A stretch of 64,000 bases of DNA from Bdellovibrionales bacterium (lineage in GTDB: Bacteria > Bdellovibrionota > Bdellovibrionia > Bdellovibrionales > UBA1609): NCBI GenBank assembly GCA_965219095.1, contig CBDCMT010000001.1, positions 1,664,001 through 1,728,000 of the forward strand, given 5' to 3'. The position numbers and the translations under genes were made by a program. Positions 55,171-64,000 of the stretch are shown in pieces; position 1 is the first letter of the stretch; each line of letters starts with the position of its first letter. The notes below the pieces were generated by a model. That model was not told where the DNA came from. It saw nothing but the letters and a program-made list of their open reading frames with translations, and ran no database searches.

Positions 55171-55218
55171 GTCTTCTCAAAAGAACTTCCGGGAACCTAC
55201 AGATTCTTTTGAGGAAGC
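55171..55218. repeat. 48-bp ISL3-derived hairpin element, copy 4 (diverged)
   Basis: GTCTTCTCAAAAGAACTTCCGGGAACCTACAGATTCTTTTGAGGAAGC. Confidence 0.85.
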
Positions 55219-55296
55219 TTTTTTATTAAAGAGGCTCAAGCTTAAAAAAAGATGTTTATAAAAATTTTCATGTAACGTAACAAAATTACAGTAAGC

Positions 55297-56433
55297 TTAT
55301 GAAAGTAAAGCTTGTTTTACTACAGGATCTTTGAATCTCCATATGACACTGTCAATAAAATAATGATGTATATTAATAAATACAGAAAAGCTTGCAATAA
55401 AAAAGAAAAAACTCCACTCTGAAGTTACATACTTATCTAATACATTGGGGACTAAGTCGAAAGAAAGAAATCCCAATAAAATTAAAAGAAAAACAATAAT
55501 AGTAATTTTCAATTGTTTTCTAAAATCTCCTAATTTAGAAGCATTTTGTTTTTCCAACTTGTAAACAAAAGGAAGATATTGCAAAGAATGAAAAAAAGGT
55601 ACGGCATATGCAAAGTATTCATGTTGAATGAACATGGGGAACCACCAAACATGCATAGCAACATAAGAGACTAAAAAATTAGGACTTGGCCATTTTTTCA
55701 GTTGTTTAAAATTTTTGAAACAAATAAAATACAGGAAAAACAAAAAACCAACAACAACAATCAACTGGGAAAAAAAGTATACACTTTCTCCCAGTTGGAA
55801 GGAGTAGTATTTTAATCCCCAATAATCATTATAGCTAGATTTTAGATTAGCATTTACAAGAGATACAATCCAAATACTATAAAGAGAAAATAAAATCATT
55901 TTTCTCTGAAGAGCATTCAAAAGATAATTATCATAATAAGAATATACCATCATACAGCCATAAACCTGCCTCGTATAATGCCAACCAACTGTTAAAAACA
56001 TAACATTAATAATAAAGTTCATAAGGTGGGAGCCTAAGCTAACATGAGAGGGTAGTTGAAAACCTAAATTCCACTGATCTAAAACCATATTTATATTATC
56101 TGTCCCTAATAATCCCGAGTAAGGCCCACTCATGCCTAAGTAAGCCCAAAACAAATAAAAAACAAGAATAAAGGGAATAAAAAGCAAGGCAAACCAATTA
56201 TGAAAAATAAAGGCTTTTCCTCGACTATATGCCAGTTTATAAGAGGCCATAAAATGAGGGTAATTAACCAAAACTTGCAGACTTGAAAAAGTCACCACAA
56301 AACTTGCAAAGTACTCATTAACAAACTGAACTTCTCTATAAAATTGAAATAAAACGAAAACTCCCCATACTACAAGACTGGCTCCACCGAGAAACCAAAA
56401 ATCAAAAGGCCTTGTTAGTAGTGACTTTTTCAT
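55297..56433 (-). CDS. Polytopic membrane protein with four His motifs
   Basis: NYPHF, GWHYTRQ, FHSLQY, IHHYFID. Confidence 0.8.
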   Translation of the reverse strand: MKKSLLTRPFDFWFLGGASLVVWGVFVLFQFYREVQFVNEYFASFVVTFSSLQVLVNYPHFMASYKLAYSRGKAFIFHNWFALLFIPFILVFYLFWAYLGMSGPYSGLLGTDNINMVLDQWNLGFQLPSHVSLGSHLMNFIINVMFLTVGWHYTRQVYGCMMVYSYYDNYLLNALQRKMILFSLYSIWIVSLVNANLKSSYNDYWGLKYYSFQLGESVYFFSQLIVVVGFLFFLYFICFKNFKQLKKWPSPNFLVSYVAMHVWWFPMFIQHEYFAYAVPFFHSLQYLPFVYKLEKQNASKLGDFRKQLKITIIVFLLILLGFLSFDLVPNVLDKYVTSEWSFFFFIASFSVFINIHHYFIDSVIWRFKDPVVKQALLS

Positions 56434-56536
56434 AAGTTTTTAAAGTATATCAAATTGACCATTAAAAGCACTATATACACAGCAAAGTCGTTGAAAAAAG
56501 ATTAAGGGGCAAAGCTCTTTCGTGTCATCTTAATGC

Positions 56537-57609
56537 GTCTATCAAAAAGTATGTCAAGAAAAAACACTTCTCCATTTACAAAAAATATAAAAAATTTTTT
56601 TTGCATACGGTCACGAATATTCTAATCATCTAAGAGAAAACTTCCTGCATTTCCTTTCCATTTTTTAATGACTCTTCCTTTACACATTGTAAAAAAAACA
56701 TATTCCTATTATGCGTCTATCTGAACCTTTTGTAACTGCTCACTCTCGTAAGTTTTTATTTAAAGCCATAGAGATGGCTTTAAATAAAAACTTACGAGAG
56801 TGAGCAGTTACTGTGTTTTTTACTTAGCCTCTTAAACTCTGCTTCATAACGTGCTTTCTCCTCCCCATAAGAACTGATAGCTTTATCTAAGCCTTCTAGA
56901 ACAAATATATCTCTTCTGCCCGTTTTAATTGAGTCTGCTTCTTAGCATCAAGATGGGAAGCTCGAAACAGAGCTGATCTTTGGTTTTTAACACGAACTCC
57001 TCTTTTAACCACATCTTCATACCCACTGACAATCTTACGAAGGTAAATGAATTCATCACCTGAGTGAAAAACTGGTTTCAAAAGGCCAGAGCGTAACAAT
57101 AAAACAAGTTTTTCAGCATCAATTTTATCAGTTTTAGCCCCTTCACTTAAAAGTTTGTTCCGAAGAGGATCACAGACTATGAACTCATCAACACTATCCT
57201 TTAATTCTGAATACAACCACTATCGAAGTTGTAGTCTCTTCGATAGTCAATATCTTCTTACCTTTCAGAGTTTTTAAATAGGCACGAAGATTCCCAAGAT
57301 CTGAAATCGTGTCCATAGTCTTAATATCTTTTGATTTGCCTGTCATCCTTGAAATGGCCATGTTACTTTGTGCCCAATCTACGGCTATATAGTGATCATA
57401 CATTTTATTTTCCTCCTTTGTTGGTTTGTTTATAAATAAAGTCTTGAAATCCTATTTTACATCTTTTTTTTGCTTTTCCCTTTGAGGCCTTAAAAACCAG
57501 GCCAGCTAAAGGGTTTAGAATTTGTCTCGAAAAGCTCACCTCCTTCTGCAAGTACTTTAGGGTCACTATCATGGCTTAAACCAGTGACCTGTCTTTTTGA
57601 TTTACCGTC
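56537..57609 (-). mobile_element. IS110-family element, both ends present, transposase frameshifted and partly deleted
   Basis: N-terminus YIAVDW, KTDKIDAEKL; 9-bp subterminal IRs ATCAAAAAG / CTTTTTGAT; about 200-bp left non-coding end. Confidence 0.85.
56732..56811. repeat. 80-bp perfect palindrome made of two IS66 type B right ends
   Basis: 38-bp arms with AGAG loop. Confidence 0.93.
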
Positions 57610-57992
57610 GAAATTAATTTTTGTAATTGGCGTAAGCAGTTACAAACATTCAAAGACAAGATGCCCTACTTCTTTGTCACACTAAATCATCAATTTTATG
57701 AGCTGCTTTAGGCGTTTTTACCCACAAATTCCCGGTAGGACTCAAACTTTTAACGCTAAGCAGTGCTTCTGGCGGACCAAGAGAAATGACAAAGTTTAAC
57801 AAGAAATAAGCCTAAACCAGATACCAGATCTATGACCACAAAAACTCAGTGAAATTTAGAAAACTATTTATTAATCCCCTCAAAAGCTAACTTAATAACA
57901 ACAGCTTTATGGACTAAAGGACTAAACATGGGTTGAAGGATAGCAAAGTTTTTTAAAGCTATTTTATGCAGAGCAATAAAACCTTCCTTTTT

Positions 57993-58022
57993 TTGACAAG
58001 GAACCTCTTTTTAGGAGATAGT
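57993..58022 (+). promoter_or_regulatory. Candidate sigma70 promoter of the S10 operon
   Basis: TTGACA-N18-GATAGT about 140 nt before rpsJ. Confidence 0.45.
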
Positions 58023-58158
58023 GGTTCTCATTAGCCACTGTAATTTTTAGGCTTGAGCGAGAATCGTCACTTGTATGTGAAGGTGAAACTTTCTTCCTCC
58101 ACTAGAAGTTATAGGGATTTTTTATTTAAAAAATTAATAAAGAGGTTTTAAAAGGAAT

Positions 58159-58470
58159 ATGCAGAATCAACAAATACGAATTCGTTTGAAGTCTTTTGAT
58201 CACAAGCTTCTTGATCAATCCACAAAAGAGATTGTAGAAACTGTTCATCGTACAGGTGCAAAGATTCTAGGCCCTGTGCCTTTACCCGTAAAAATCAATC
58301 GTTACACTGTGTTGCGTTCTCCCCATGTGAACAAAAAATCAAGAGAGCAATTTGAGATTAGAACACACAAAAGACTTTTAGATATTTTAGAACCTAATCA
58401 GCAAACTGTGGATCAGCTTATGAAATTGGATCTTTCCTCAGGTGTTGATGTGGAAATTAAGTTAAGTTGA
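58159..58470 (+). CDS. rpsJ: 30S ribosomal protein S10
   Basis: [30 protein letters not shown]. Confidence 0.97.
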   Translation: MQNQQIRIRLKSFDHKLLDQSTKEIVETVHRTGAKILGPVPLPVKINRYTVLRSPHVNKKSREQFEIRTHKRLLDILEPNQQTVDQLMKLDLSSGVDVEIKLS

Positions 58471-58484
58471 TAGAAGGATTAGTG

Positions 58485-59387
58485 ATGGGTGAAGATAAAA
58501 AAATAGATAAGAATACAAGTAATAAGAGAGGGCCTATAGAGCCAGAAAATCAAACTCTAAAAGACAGTTTCTCTCAAAAAGAGAACGACTCTCAAGGAAC
58601 TTCTGAAGCTGAGAGACAATCAAAAAACTCTGGAGAAGTAAAAACAGAAAAACCATCTAAAGAGCTATCTCAAGAGAATTCTAAAGATCCTGAAAAAGAA
58701 AGCTTATCTGAAGTGCTTCAGAAACCTTCAGATAAAAAAGAACACTCTCATGCCGTTAAACTCAAGGGTTTATACGCTTTTAAAGAAGGCATGTCTTCTG
58801 TTTATGACAAAGAGGGGAAAAAAGTTCCCGTAACAGTTTTAAAGTATGAACCTATGATCCTATCTCAACTAAAAACTGTAAATAAAGAAAATCACAGGAC
58901 TGTACAGACAGCTTTTGTCCCTAAAAGCCCGTTAAAAACAAAAAAGTCTGAAAAAGGTCACTTTAAAAAAGCAGGTTTTCAAAGAGGCTTTCGTTATGTA
59001 AAAGAAATAGCTTGTGAGGAGAGTCTCTCAAAGACTGTGACTTTAGGTCAACTTGTAGATATTAATAGCTTATCTCAAGGAGATAGAGTGAAGCTTACTT
59101 CTCGTTCTAAAGGAAGAGGCTTTTCAGGAGTTGTGAAACGACATAACTTCGGAGGAGGGCCTGCTTCTCATGGTTCTAAAAGTTACCGTCGTGTAGGCTC
59201 TATTGGAAACATCCGAGCTCAAGGCCGTGTATTCAAGGGTAAGAAAATGCCAGGTCGCTACGGATATGAAAACCATACAAGAAAAAACGTTTTAGTTGTG
59301 GATGTTTTAGCTGATCAAAAAATAATTTTAGTAAAAGGGCCTGTAGCAGGAGCAAGATGCTCCTTAGTTTGTTTAACGAAGATGTAG
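58485..59387 (+). CDS. rplC: 50S ribosomal protein L3 with N-terminal extension
   Basis: SKGRGFSGVVKRHNF, HGS, GKKMPGRYG. Confidence 0.95.
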   Translation: MGEDKKIDKNTSNKRGPIEPENQTLKDSFSQKENDSQGTSEAERQSKNSGEVKTEKPSKELSQENSKDPEKESLSEVLQKPSDKKEHSHAVKLKGLYAFKEGMSSVYDKEGKKVPVTVLKYEPMILSQLKTVNKENHRTVQTAFVPKSPLKTKKSEKGHFKKAGFQRGFRYVKEIACEESLSKTVTLGQLVDINSLSQGDRVKLTSRSKGRGFSGVVKRHNFGGGPASHGSKSYRRVGSIGNIRAQGRVFKGKKMPGRYGYENHTRKNVLVVDVLADQKIILVKGPVAGARCSLVCLTKM

Positions 59388-59394
59388 GATTTTT

Positions 59395-60033
59395 ATGAAG
59401 ATGATAAAAACAGATATTTTGAATTGGAAAAATGAAAAAGTAGGACAAGTTGATGTCCCTAGTCCTGTCTTTCAAGCATCGTTACAAAAACACCTGCTTT
59501 ATGATGTAGTGAAATGGCAGTTAGCTTGTCGTCGTCGAGGAACTCACCAAGCAAAAACACGTGCCCAAGTCAGAGGGGGAGGTGCTAAACCCTTTCGTCA
59601 AAAAGGTACAGGACGTGCGAGGCAAGGCTCTTCTCGTTCTCCTCTTCTAGAAGGTGGGGGTGTGATCTTTCCTCCTTCTCCTAGAGACTATTCCTATTCC
59701 ATCAATAGAAAACAAAAACAAAAAGCTTTATGTGTAGCTCTTTCTTACTTGTATAAAAATAAGTGTGTTAAAGTTGTAGAAAGTATAGAGGTCAAAAAAT
59801 CTAAAACAAAGGAATTAGAAAACACTCTTAAGGGAGTGAATGTAAAAAAGAGTCTTCTTATTGATCATAAAATAGACAAAAAAGTTTTACGTGCTTGTAG
59901 AAATCTAAAGAACTATCGTTATGGAAATTGTGATCTTGTAAATGTCTATGAACTTTTGAAGTTCAATTACATTATTTTAACAAAACAAAGTTTGCCTCTT
60001 TTATCTAAAAGATGTGGAGTAGAGATAACATGA
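59395..60033 (+). CDS. rplD: 50S ribosomal protein L4
   Basis: KPFRQKGTGRARQGS. Confidence 0.97.
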   Translation: MKMIKTDILNWKNEKVGQVDVPSPVFQASLQKHLLYDVVKWQLACRRRGTHQAKTRAQVRGGGAKPFRQKGTGRARQGSSRSPLLEGGGVIFPPSPRDYSYSINRKQKQKALCVALSYLYKNKCVKVVESIEVKKSKTKELENTLKGVNVKKSLLIDHKIDKKVLRACRNLKNYRYGNCDLVNVYELLKFNYIILTKQSLPLLSKRCGVEIT

Positions 60034-60308
60034 TATACCTTATTAAAAGGCCTTTAATTACAGAAAAAAATTCTCGTATGGGGGAGGATAAGGTTTATGC
60101 TTTTGAAGTGGATAAGAAAGCAACCAAAACACAAATTAAAGAAGCTGTGGAAAAGCTTTTTCAAGTAAAAGTAAGAGGCGTACGTACAGCAATTTGCCGT
60201 GGAAGAAGTCGCAAAACTCGCCATGGTTTATCTCATGTGCCTTATTGGAAAAAAGCTTTAGTTAAAGTTGATAAAAACGAAACAATATCCTTGTTTGAAG
60301 GAGTATAA
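60030..60308 (+). CDS. rplW: 50S ribosomal protein L23
   Basis: RPLITEK, WKKALVK. Confidence 0.95.
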   Translation: MIYLIKRPLITEKNSRMGEDKVYAFEVDKKATKTQIKEAVEKLFQVKVRGVRTAICRGRSRKTRHGLSHVPYWKKALVKVDKNETISLFEGV

Positions 60309-60310
60309 AA

Positions 60311-61141
60311 ATGGGTATAAAAACATTCAAACCTTATACTTCCGGCCGTAGAGGGATGACAGGTTTTAATTTTTCAGAGATCACAAGGAAAAAACCCGAA
60401 AAATCTTTAACTGCATCTCTTTCTAAAAAAGGGGCTCGTAACAATTATGGCCGTATTACTATGAGAAGTAGAGGAGGGGGACATAAACGTCTTTATCGTT
60501 TAATTGATTTTAAAAGAAGCAAAGAAAATATTAGAGGCCGAGTGAAAACCATTGAGTATGATCCTAATAGAACTTGTCGCATTGCTCTTATAGCTTATGA
60601 AGATGGTGAAAAAAGTTATATTTTAGCCCCTACAAAGTTGAACATAGGTGATGTGGTTTTAAGTGGCCAAACAGCTGATGTGAAGCCAGGTCATTGTAAA
60701 AAATTAAAGGATCTACCTGAAGGAACTTTGGTTCATAACATTGAAATGTCTCCTGGAAAAGGAGGACAGTTGGTAAGAGGGGCGGGGGCGGGAGCAACTT
60801 TAGTAGCTCAAGATCATCCTTACACTCAGATCAAACTTCCTTCAGGGGAAGTAAGGCAAATTTTTTCTGAATGCCGTGCTACAGTAGGTCAAGTAGGCAA
60901 TACTGAAAATGAAAACATATCTCAGGGAAAAGCAGGACGTACTCGTTGGAGGGGCTTTCGTCCTAAAGTGCGCGGTATGTGCAAAAACCCTGTTGATCAC
61001 CCTGGCGGTGGTGGTGAAGGACGAAGCAAAGGTCATCATCCTCGAACCCCTTGGGGTGTTCCCTGTAAAGGACGTAAAACAAGAAATAACAAACGTACAG
61101 ACTCTATGATTTTAAAACGTAGATCTAAGAGAAAAAAGTAA
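60311..61141 (+). CDS. rplB: 50S ribosomal protein L2
   Basis: [18 protein letters not shown]. Confidence 0.97.
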   Translation: MGIKTFKPYTSGRRGMTGFNFSEITRKKPEKSLTASLSKKGARNNYGRITMRSRGGGHKRLYRLIDFKRSKENIRGRVKTIEYDPNRTCRIALIAYEDGEKSYILAPTKLNIGDVVLSGQTADVKPGHCKKLKDLPEGTLVHNIEMSPGKGGQLVRGAGAGATLVAQDHPYTQIKLPSGEVRQIFSECRATVGQVGNTENENISQGKAGRTRWRGFRPKVRGMCKNPVDHPGGGGEGRSKGHHPRTPWGVPCKGRKTRNNKRTDSMILKRRSKRKK

Positions 61142-61154
61142 AAGGAGAAAATTT

Positions 61155-61433
61155 GTGGCACGTTCATTAAAAAAAGGACCTTTCATTGATCATCACTTGT
61201 TAAAAAAGATTGAACAAGCTAAATCAGGAAGTAAAAAAGTGATTAAAACATGGTCACGTCGTTCAACGGTCATTCCTTCTGCAGTGGGTTTAACTTTTGC
61301 TGTTCACAATGGTCGCAAGTTTGTCCCTGTTTACATAACAGAAAATATGATCGGCCATAAATTAGGTGAATTTTCTACAACAAGAACTTTTTCAAGTCAT
61401 GCTGAAAAAAAAACCAGTGTTAAAAAGAGTTAA
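61155..61433 (+). CDS. rpsS: 30S ribosomal protein S19
   Basis: [22 protein letters not shown]. Confidence 0.97.
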   Translation: MARSLKKGPFIDHHLLKKIEQAKSGSKKVIKTWSRRSTVIPSAVGLTFAVHNGRKFVPVYITENMIGHKLGEFSTTRTFSSHAEKKTSVKKS

Positions 61434-61448
61434 AGAGGTTTTAGAAAG

Positions 61449-62000
61449 ATGGAAGTAAAAGCAAGTTTAAAGTACGCAAGAATAGGAACTCAAAAAGCAC
61501 GTCTTGTGGCTGATGTCATACGTGGGAAAAACATTAACGAAGCAATTCGTGCTTTAAGTTTTATACCGAAAAAATCAGCTCCGCTTTTCAAAAAACTTTT
61601 AGAGTCAGCTGTAGCTAATGCAGAAACAAAAGAACTTATCGATATTGACCTGCTTTATGTAAAAACAGTTACAGTTGATCAAGGGCCTTCTTTACGAAGG
61701 TATAAGCCGGCTCCTCAAGGGAGATCAAAACCTATTCGTAAGAAAATGAGTCATTTTCATGTGGTTTTAAGTGAAAAACAAGGCCATAGGCTTTCAAAGA
61801 AAGTTCAAAAGCCATTTGAAAAAGTACTTCAAAACAAAACTTCAAGCATAGAGGGTTCACAAATAAAACCTCCACAAAAGAAAGTAGAAAATCATGCTCC
61901 AGAAGCTGAGGTGGAAAAAATCACAAACTTCTCAGAAAAAAGCACTATAGAAGAAGAAAAAACAATTCAAAAGAAAGGTGAAGATGGGTCAAAAAGTTAA
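61449..62000 (+). CDS. rplV: 50S ribosomal protein L22 with C-terminal extension
   Basis: KARLVAD, SAVANAE, VDQGP. Confidence 0.95.
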   Translation: MEVKASLKYARIGTQKARLVADVIRGKNINEAIRALSFIPKKSAPLFKKLLESAVANAETKELIDIDLLYVKTVTVDQGPSLRRYKPAPQGRSKPIRKKMSHFHVVLSEKQGHRLSKKVQKPFEKVLQNKTSSIEGSQIKPPQKKVENHAPEAEVEKITNFSEKSTIEEEKTIQKKGEDGSKS

Positions 62001-62643
62001 TCCAATCGGTTTTAGAGTAGGAATCATTCGTAATTGGGATTCAAGAGGCTACACTAAAGGTGAGCTTTACATAAAGAATCTTCAAGAAGACATTCAGTTA
62101 AGGCAGTTTCTCAACCAACATCTTAAACACGCTAGTGTATCTAAGATTGAGCTAGAAAGAGCTCCTAAAAAAGTAAAAGTAATCATTTCAACAGCACGTC
62201 CAGGGATTGTTATTGGGAAAAAAGGTGTAGGAATTGATAAGTTAAAAGAAGACGTTCAGAAACTTACAGAAAACCAAGTTTTCGTGTCTGTTCAAGAGGT
62301 TAGAAAGCCTGATTTAGACGCTCAATTGATCGCTCAGAACATTGCCCTCCAAATTGAAAAGAGAGTGTCTTGGAGACGTGCTATGAAAAAAGCTGTTGTG
62401 GCAGCTGTAAGAAATGGTGTTCGTGGTATTAAAATTAAAATCGGCGGTCGTTTGGATGGTGCTGAAATTGCTAGAAAAGAGTGGTATAGTGAAAAAAGTG
62501 TTCCTCTTCATACTCTGCGTGCTGATATTGATTATGGAACGGCTACAGCAAAGACAACTTATGGTCTTGTAGGTCTTAAGGTGTGGGTTTATAGGGGAGA
62601 TGTACTCACAACTAAAGAGTTAGAGGAGGTGCAACGTGCTTAG
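61984..62643 (+). CDS. rpsC: 30S ribosomal protein S3
   Basis: [32 protein letters not shown]. Confidence 0.97.
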   Translation: MGQKVNPIGFRVGIIRNWDSRGYTKGELYIKNLQEDIQLRQFLNQHLKHASVSKIELERAPKKVKVIISTARPGIVIGKKGVGIDKLKEDVQKLTENQVFVSVQEVRKPDLDAQLIAQNIALQIEKRVSWRRAMKKAVVAAVRNGVRGIKIKIGGRLDGAEIARKEWYSEKSVPLHTLRADIDYGTATAKTTYGLVGLKVWVYRGDVLTTKELEEVQRA

Positions 62644-63043
62644 TCCTAAGAAAGTTAAGTGGAGAAAACAGCATCGTTTAGGTTATGGTGGAAAAACAAC
62701 AAAAGGCGGTACACTTAACTTTGGTGATTTTGCTTTAAAGGCAGAGACGGGGGGCTACATCACTTCTCGACAACTGGAAGCAAGCCGTATTGCCATTAGT
62801 CGTTCTGTTAAGAGGGGAGGAAAGCTTTGGTGGCGTATTTTCCCTGATAGGCCTGTGACTAAAAAACCTGCTGAAGTGAGAATGGGAAGTGGAAAAGGAA
62901 ATGTTGAGTTTTGGGTTGCTGCAGTGAGGCCAGGTAAGATTTTATGTGAAATGAATGGAGTTACAGAAAAACAGGCTAAAAGAGCCTTTCAATTAGCTTC
63001 TTATAAACTACCCATAAAAACAAGATTTTTAACAAGGAGCTAA
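62636..63043 (+). CDS. rplP: 50S ribosomal protein L16
   Basis: RIFPD, RMGSGKG. Confidence 0.97.
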   Translation: MLSPKKVKWRKQHRLGYGGKTTKGGTLNFGDFALKAETGGYITSRQLEASRIAISRSVKRGGKLWWRIFPDRPVTKKPAEVRMGSGKGNVEFWVAAVRPGKILCEMNGVTEKQAKRAFQLASYKLPIKTRFLTRS

Positions 63044-63047
63044 GAAC

Positions 63048-63269
63048 GTGAAGTTTGTCGATATAAAGAATTTAACAAAAATAGAGCTTGAGAAAAAAGC
63101 TTTTATGACTCAAAAAGATTTGTTTCAGCTGAAAATGAAGCATTCTTTAGGACAATTGCAAAACCCTCTTGAAATTCGCAAACTACGAAGAGATATTGCT
63201 CGACTGAAGACAGTTTTAGGTGTTTTGAGAAGAAAAGAAAAGAAAGAAAAAGGGAGAAGTTCTATATGA
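63048..63269 (+). CDS. rpmC: 50S ribosomal protein L29
   Basis: [15 protein letters not shown]. Confidence 0.95.
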   Translation: MKFVDIKNLTKIELEKKAFMTQKDLFQLKMKHSLGQLQNPLEIRKLRRDIARLKTVLGVLRRKEKKEKGRSSI

Positions 63270-63559
63270 ACAAGAAAAGAGGTTTACGGCATGAACTCAT
63301 AGGTATTGTAAAAAGTGATAAAATGGATAAAACCATCTCTGTTTTAGTGGAAAGAAGGGTAAAACATAAACGTTATAAGAAATATATTTTAAAAAACTCT
63401 ACCATGAAAGCTCATGATGAAAAGAATCAGGCTCAAAAAGGTGATAGAGTTTTAATTTATGAAACCAGACCTTTGAGTAAAACAAAAAGATGGAAGTTGT
63501 CAAAAGTTTTAGTAAAAGAAGAGGGAAAAAGTTATGATACAAATGCAGTCAAAGCTTAA
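63266..63559 (+). CDS. rpsQ: 30S ribosomal protein S17
   Basis: [23 protein letters not shown]. Confidence 0.96.
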   Translation: MNKKRGLRHELIGIVKSDKMDKTISVLVERRVKHKRYKKYILKNSTMKAHDEKNQAQKGDRVLIYETRPLSKTKRWKLSKVLVKEEGKSYDTNAVKA

Positions 63560-63902
63560 AGTAGCAGACAATTCAGGAGCTAAAGTGATTCAGTGTATTA
63601 AAGTTCTAGGAGGATCTCGTCGCAGAACAGCTAAAGTGGGAGATGTTATTGTTGTATCTGTGAAAAAGACTTTTTCAAAGCCAAAAGTCAAAAAAGGTAC
63701 TATTCAAAAAGCTGTGATTGTAAGAACGATTCACAAAATCAACCGATCTGATGGAAGCCATATTCGTTTTGATGAAAACTCGGCAGTTTTGATCAATAAT
63801 CAAAATGAGCCTATGGGAACACGTATTTTTGGTCCTGTGGCTCGAGAATTAAGAGCTAAAAAATTTATAAAAATTATTTCATTAGCTCCAGAGGTTTTAT
63901 AA
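63534..63902 (+). CDS. rplN: 50S ribosomal protein L14
   Basis: [27 protein letters not shown]. Confidence 0.97.
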   Translation: MIQMQSKLKVADNSGAKVIQCIKVLGGSRRRTAKVGDVIVVSVKKTFSKPKVKKGTIQKAVIVRTIHKINRSDGSHIRFDENSAVLINNQNEPMGTRIFGPVARELRAKKFIKIISLAPEVL

Positions 63903-64000
63903 TGAGAGTTTTACAAGACAGATATAAAAAAGAATTTGTACCACTTCTTATGAAGGCTTTAAAAGCTAAAAATGTTATGAAAGTACCTAAACTTTTAAAA
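63902..64000 (+). CDS. rplE: 50S ribosomal protein L5, 5' part
   Basis: Hand translation [33 protein letters not shown] fits the uL5 N-terminus. Confidence 0.85.
   Translation, partial: MRVLQDRYKKEFVPLLMKALKAKNVMKVPKLLK

Noticed and set aside
56533..56721. 11-bp direct repeat ATGCGTCTATC as an IS110 target duplication or guide
   Set aside because: One copy overlaps the element end and the other the probable transposase 3' end; the other right-end flanks do not share GCAT.
57645..57840. Methyltransferase remnant (VIDLVSGLG on the minus strand)
   Set aside because: A single short motif followed by stops; not supportable.
9747..62511. Short ORFs overlapping pyrD, gdhA, rlmN, putA, mrp, rng, rplB, rpsC and others
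   Set aside because: Antisense or out-of-frame to well-supported genes, with no motifs.

Overview
Low-GC bacterial chromosome segment, most consistent with Bdellovibrionota (FHA-GGDEF DgcB-like gene, short PutA, alpha2-type GlyRS, standalone Fis-type HTH, Bdellovibrio-style sigma28 promoters). It holds housekeeping genes (pyrD, gdhA, rlmN, putA, mrp, glyQS, rng) and the start of the S10/spc ribosomal cluster. About a third of the window is nested, mostly broken insertion sequences (three IS66 types, two IS630 types, IS982, ISL3, ISAzo13, IS110, plus IS3- and IS256-like end remnants). Main observations: (1) fold-back palindromes built from IS ends of three IS families, including a dispersed 48-bp hairpin family with two ISL3 right ends; (2) an IS110 element with a structured left non-coding end whose junctions fall inside an IS630 terminal repeat and suggest a ~24-kb inversion; (3) rplX (uL24) missing between rplN and rplE, plus long extensions on uL3 and uL22; (4) seven sigma28-like promoters, one sigma54 promoter and a shared 17-bp palindromic operator near the Fis-like gene; (5) a ~144-nt rod-like intergenic structure. 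No CRISPR array, rRNA or tRNA was recognised. All calls come from reading the sequence and ORF track by eye; no searches were run.
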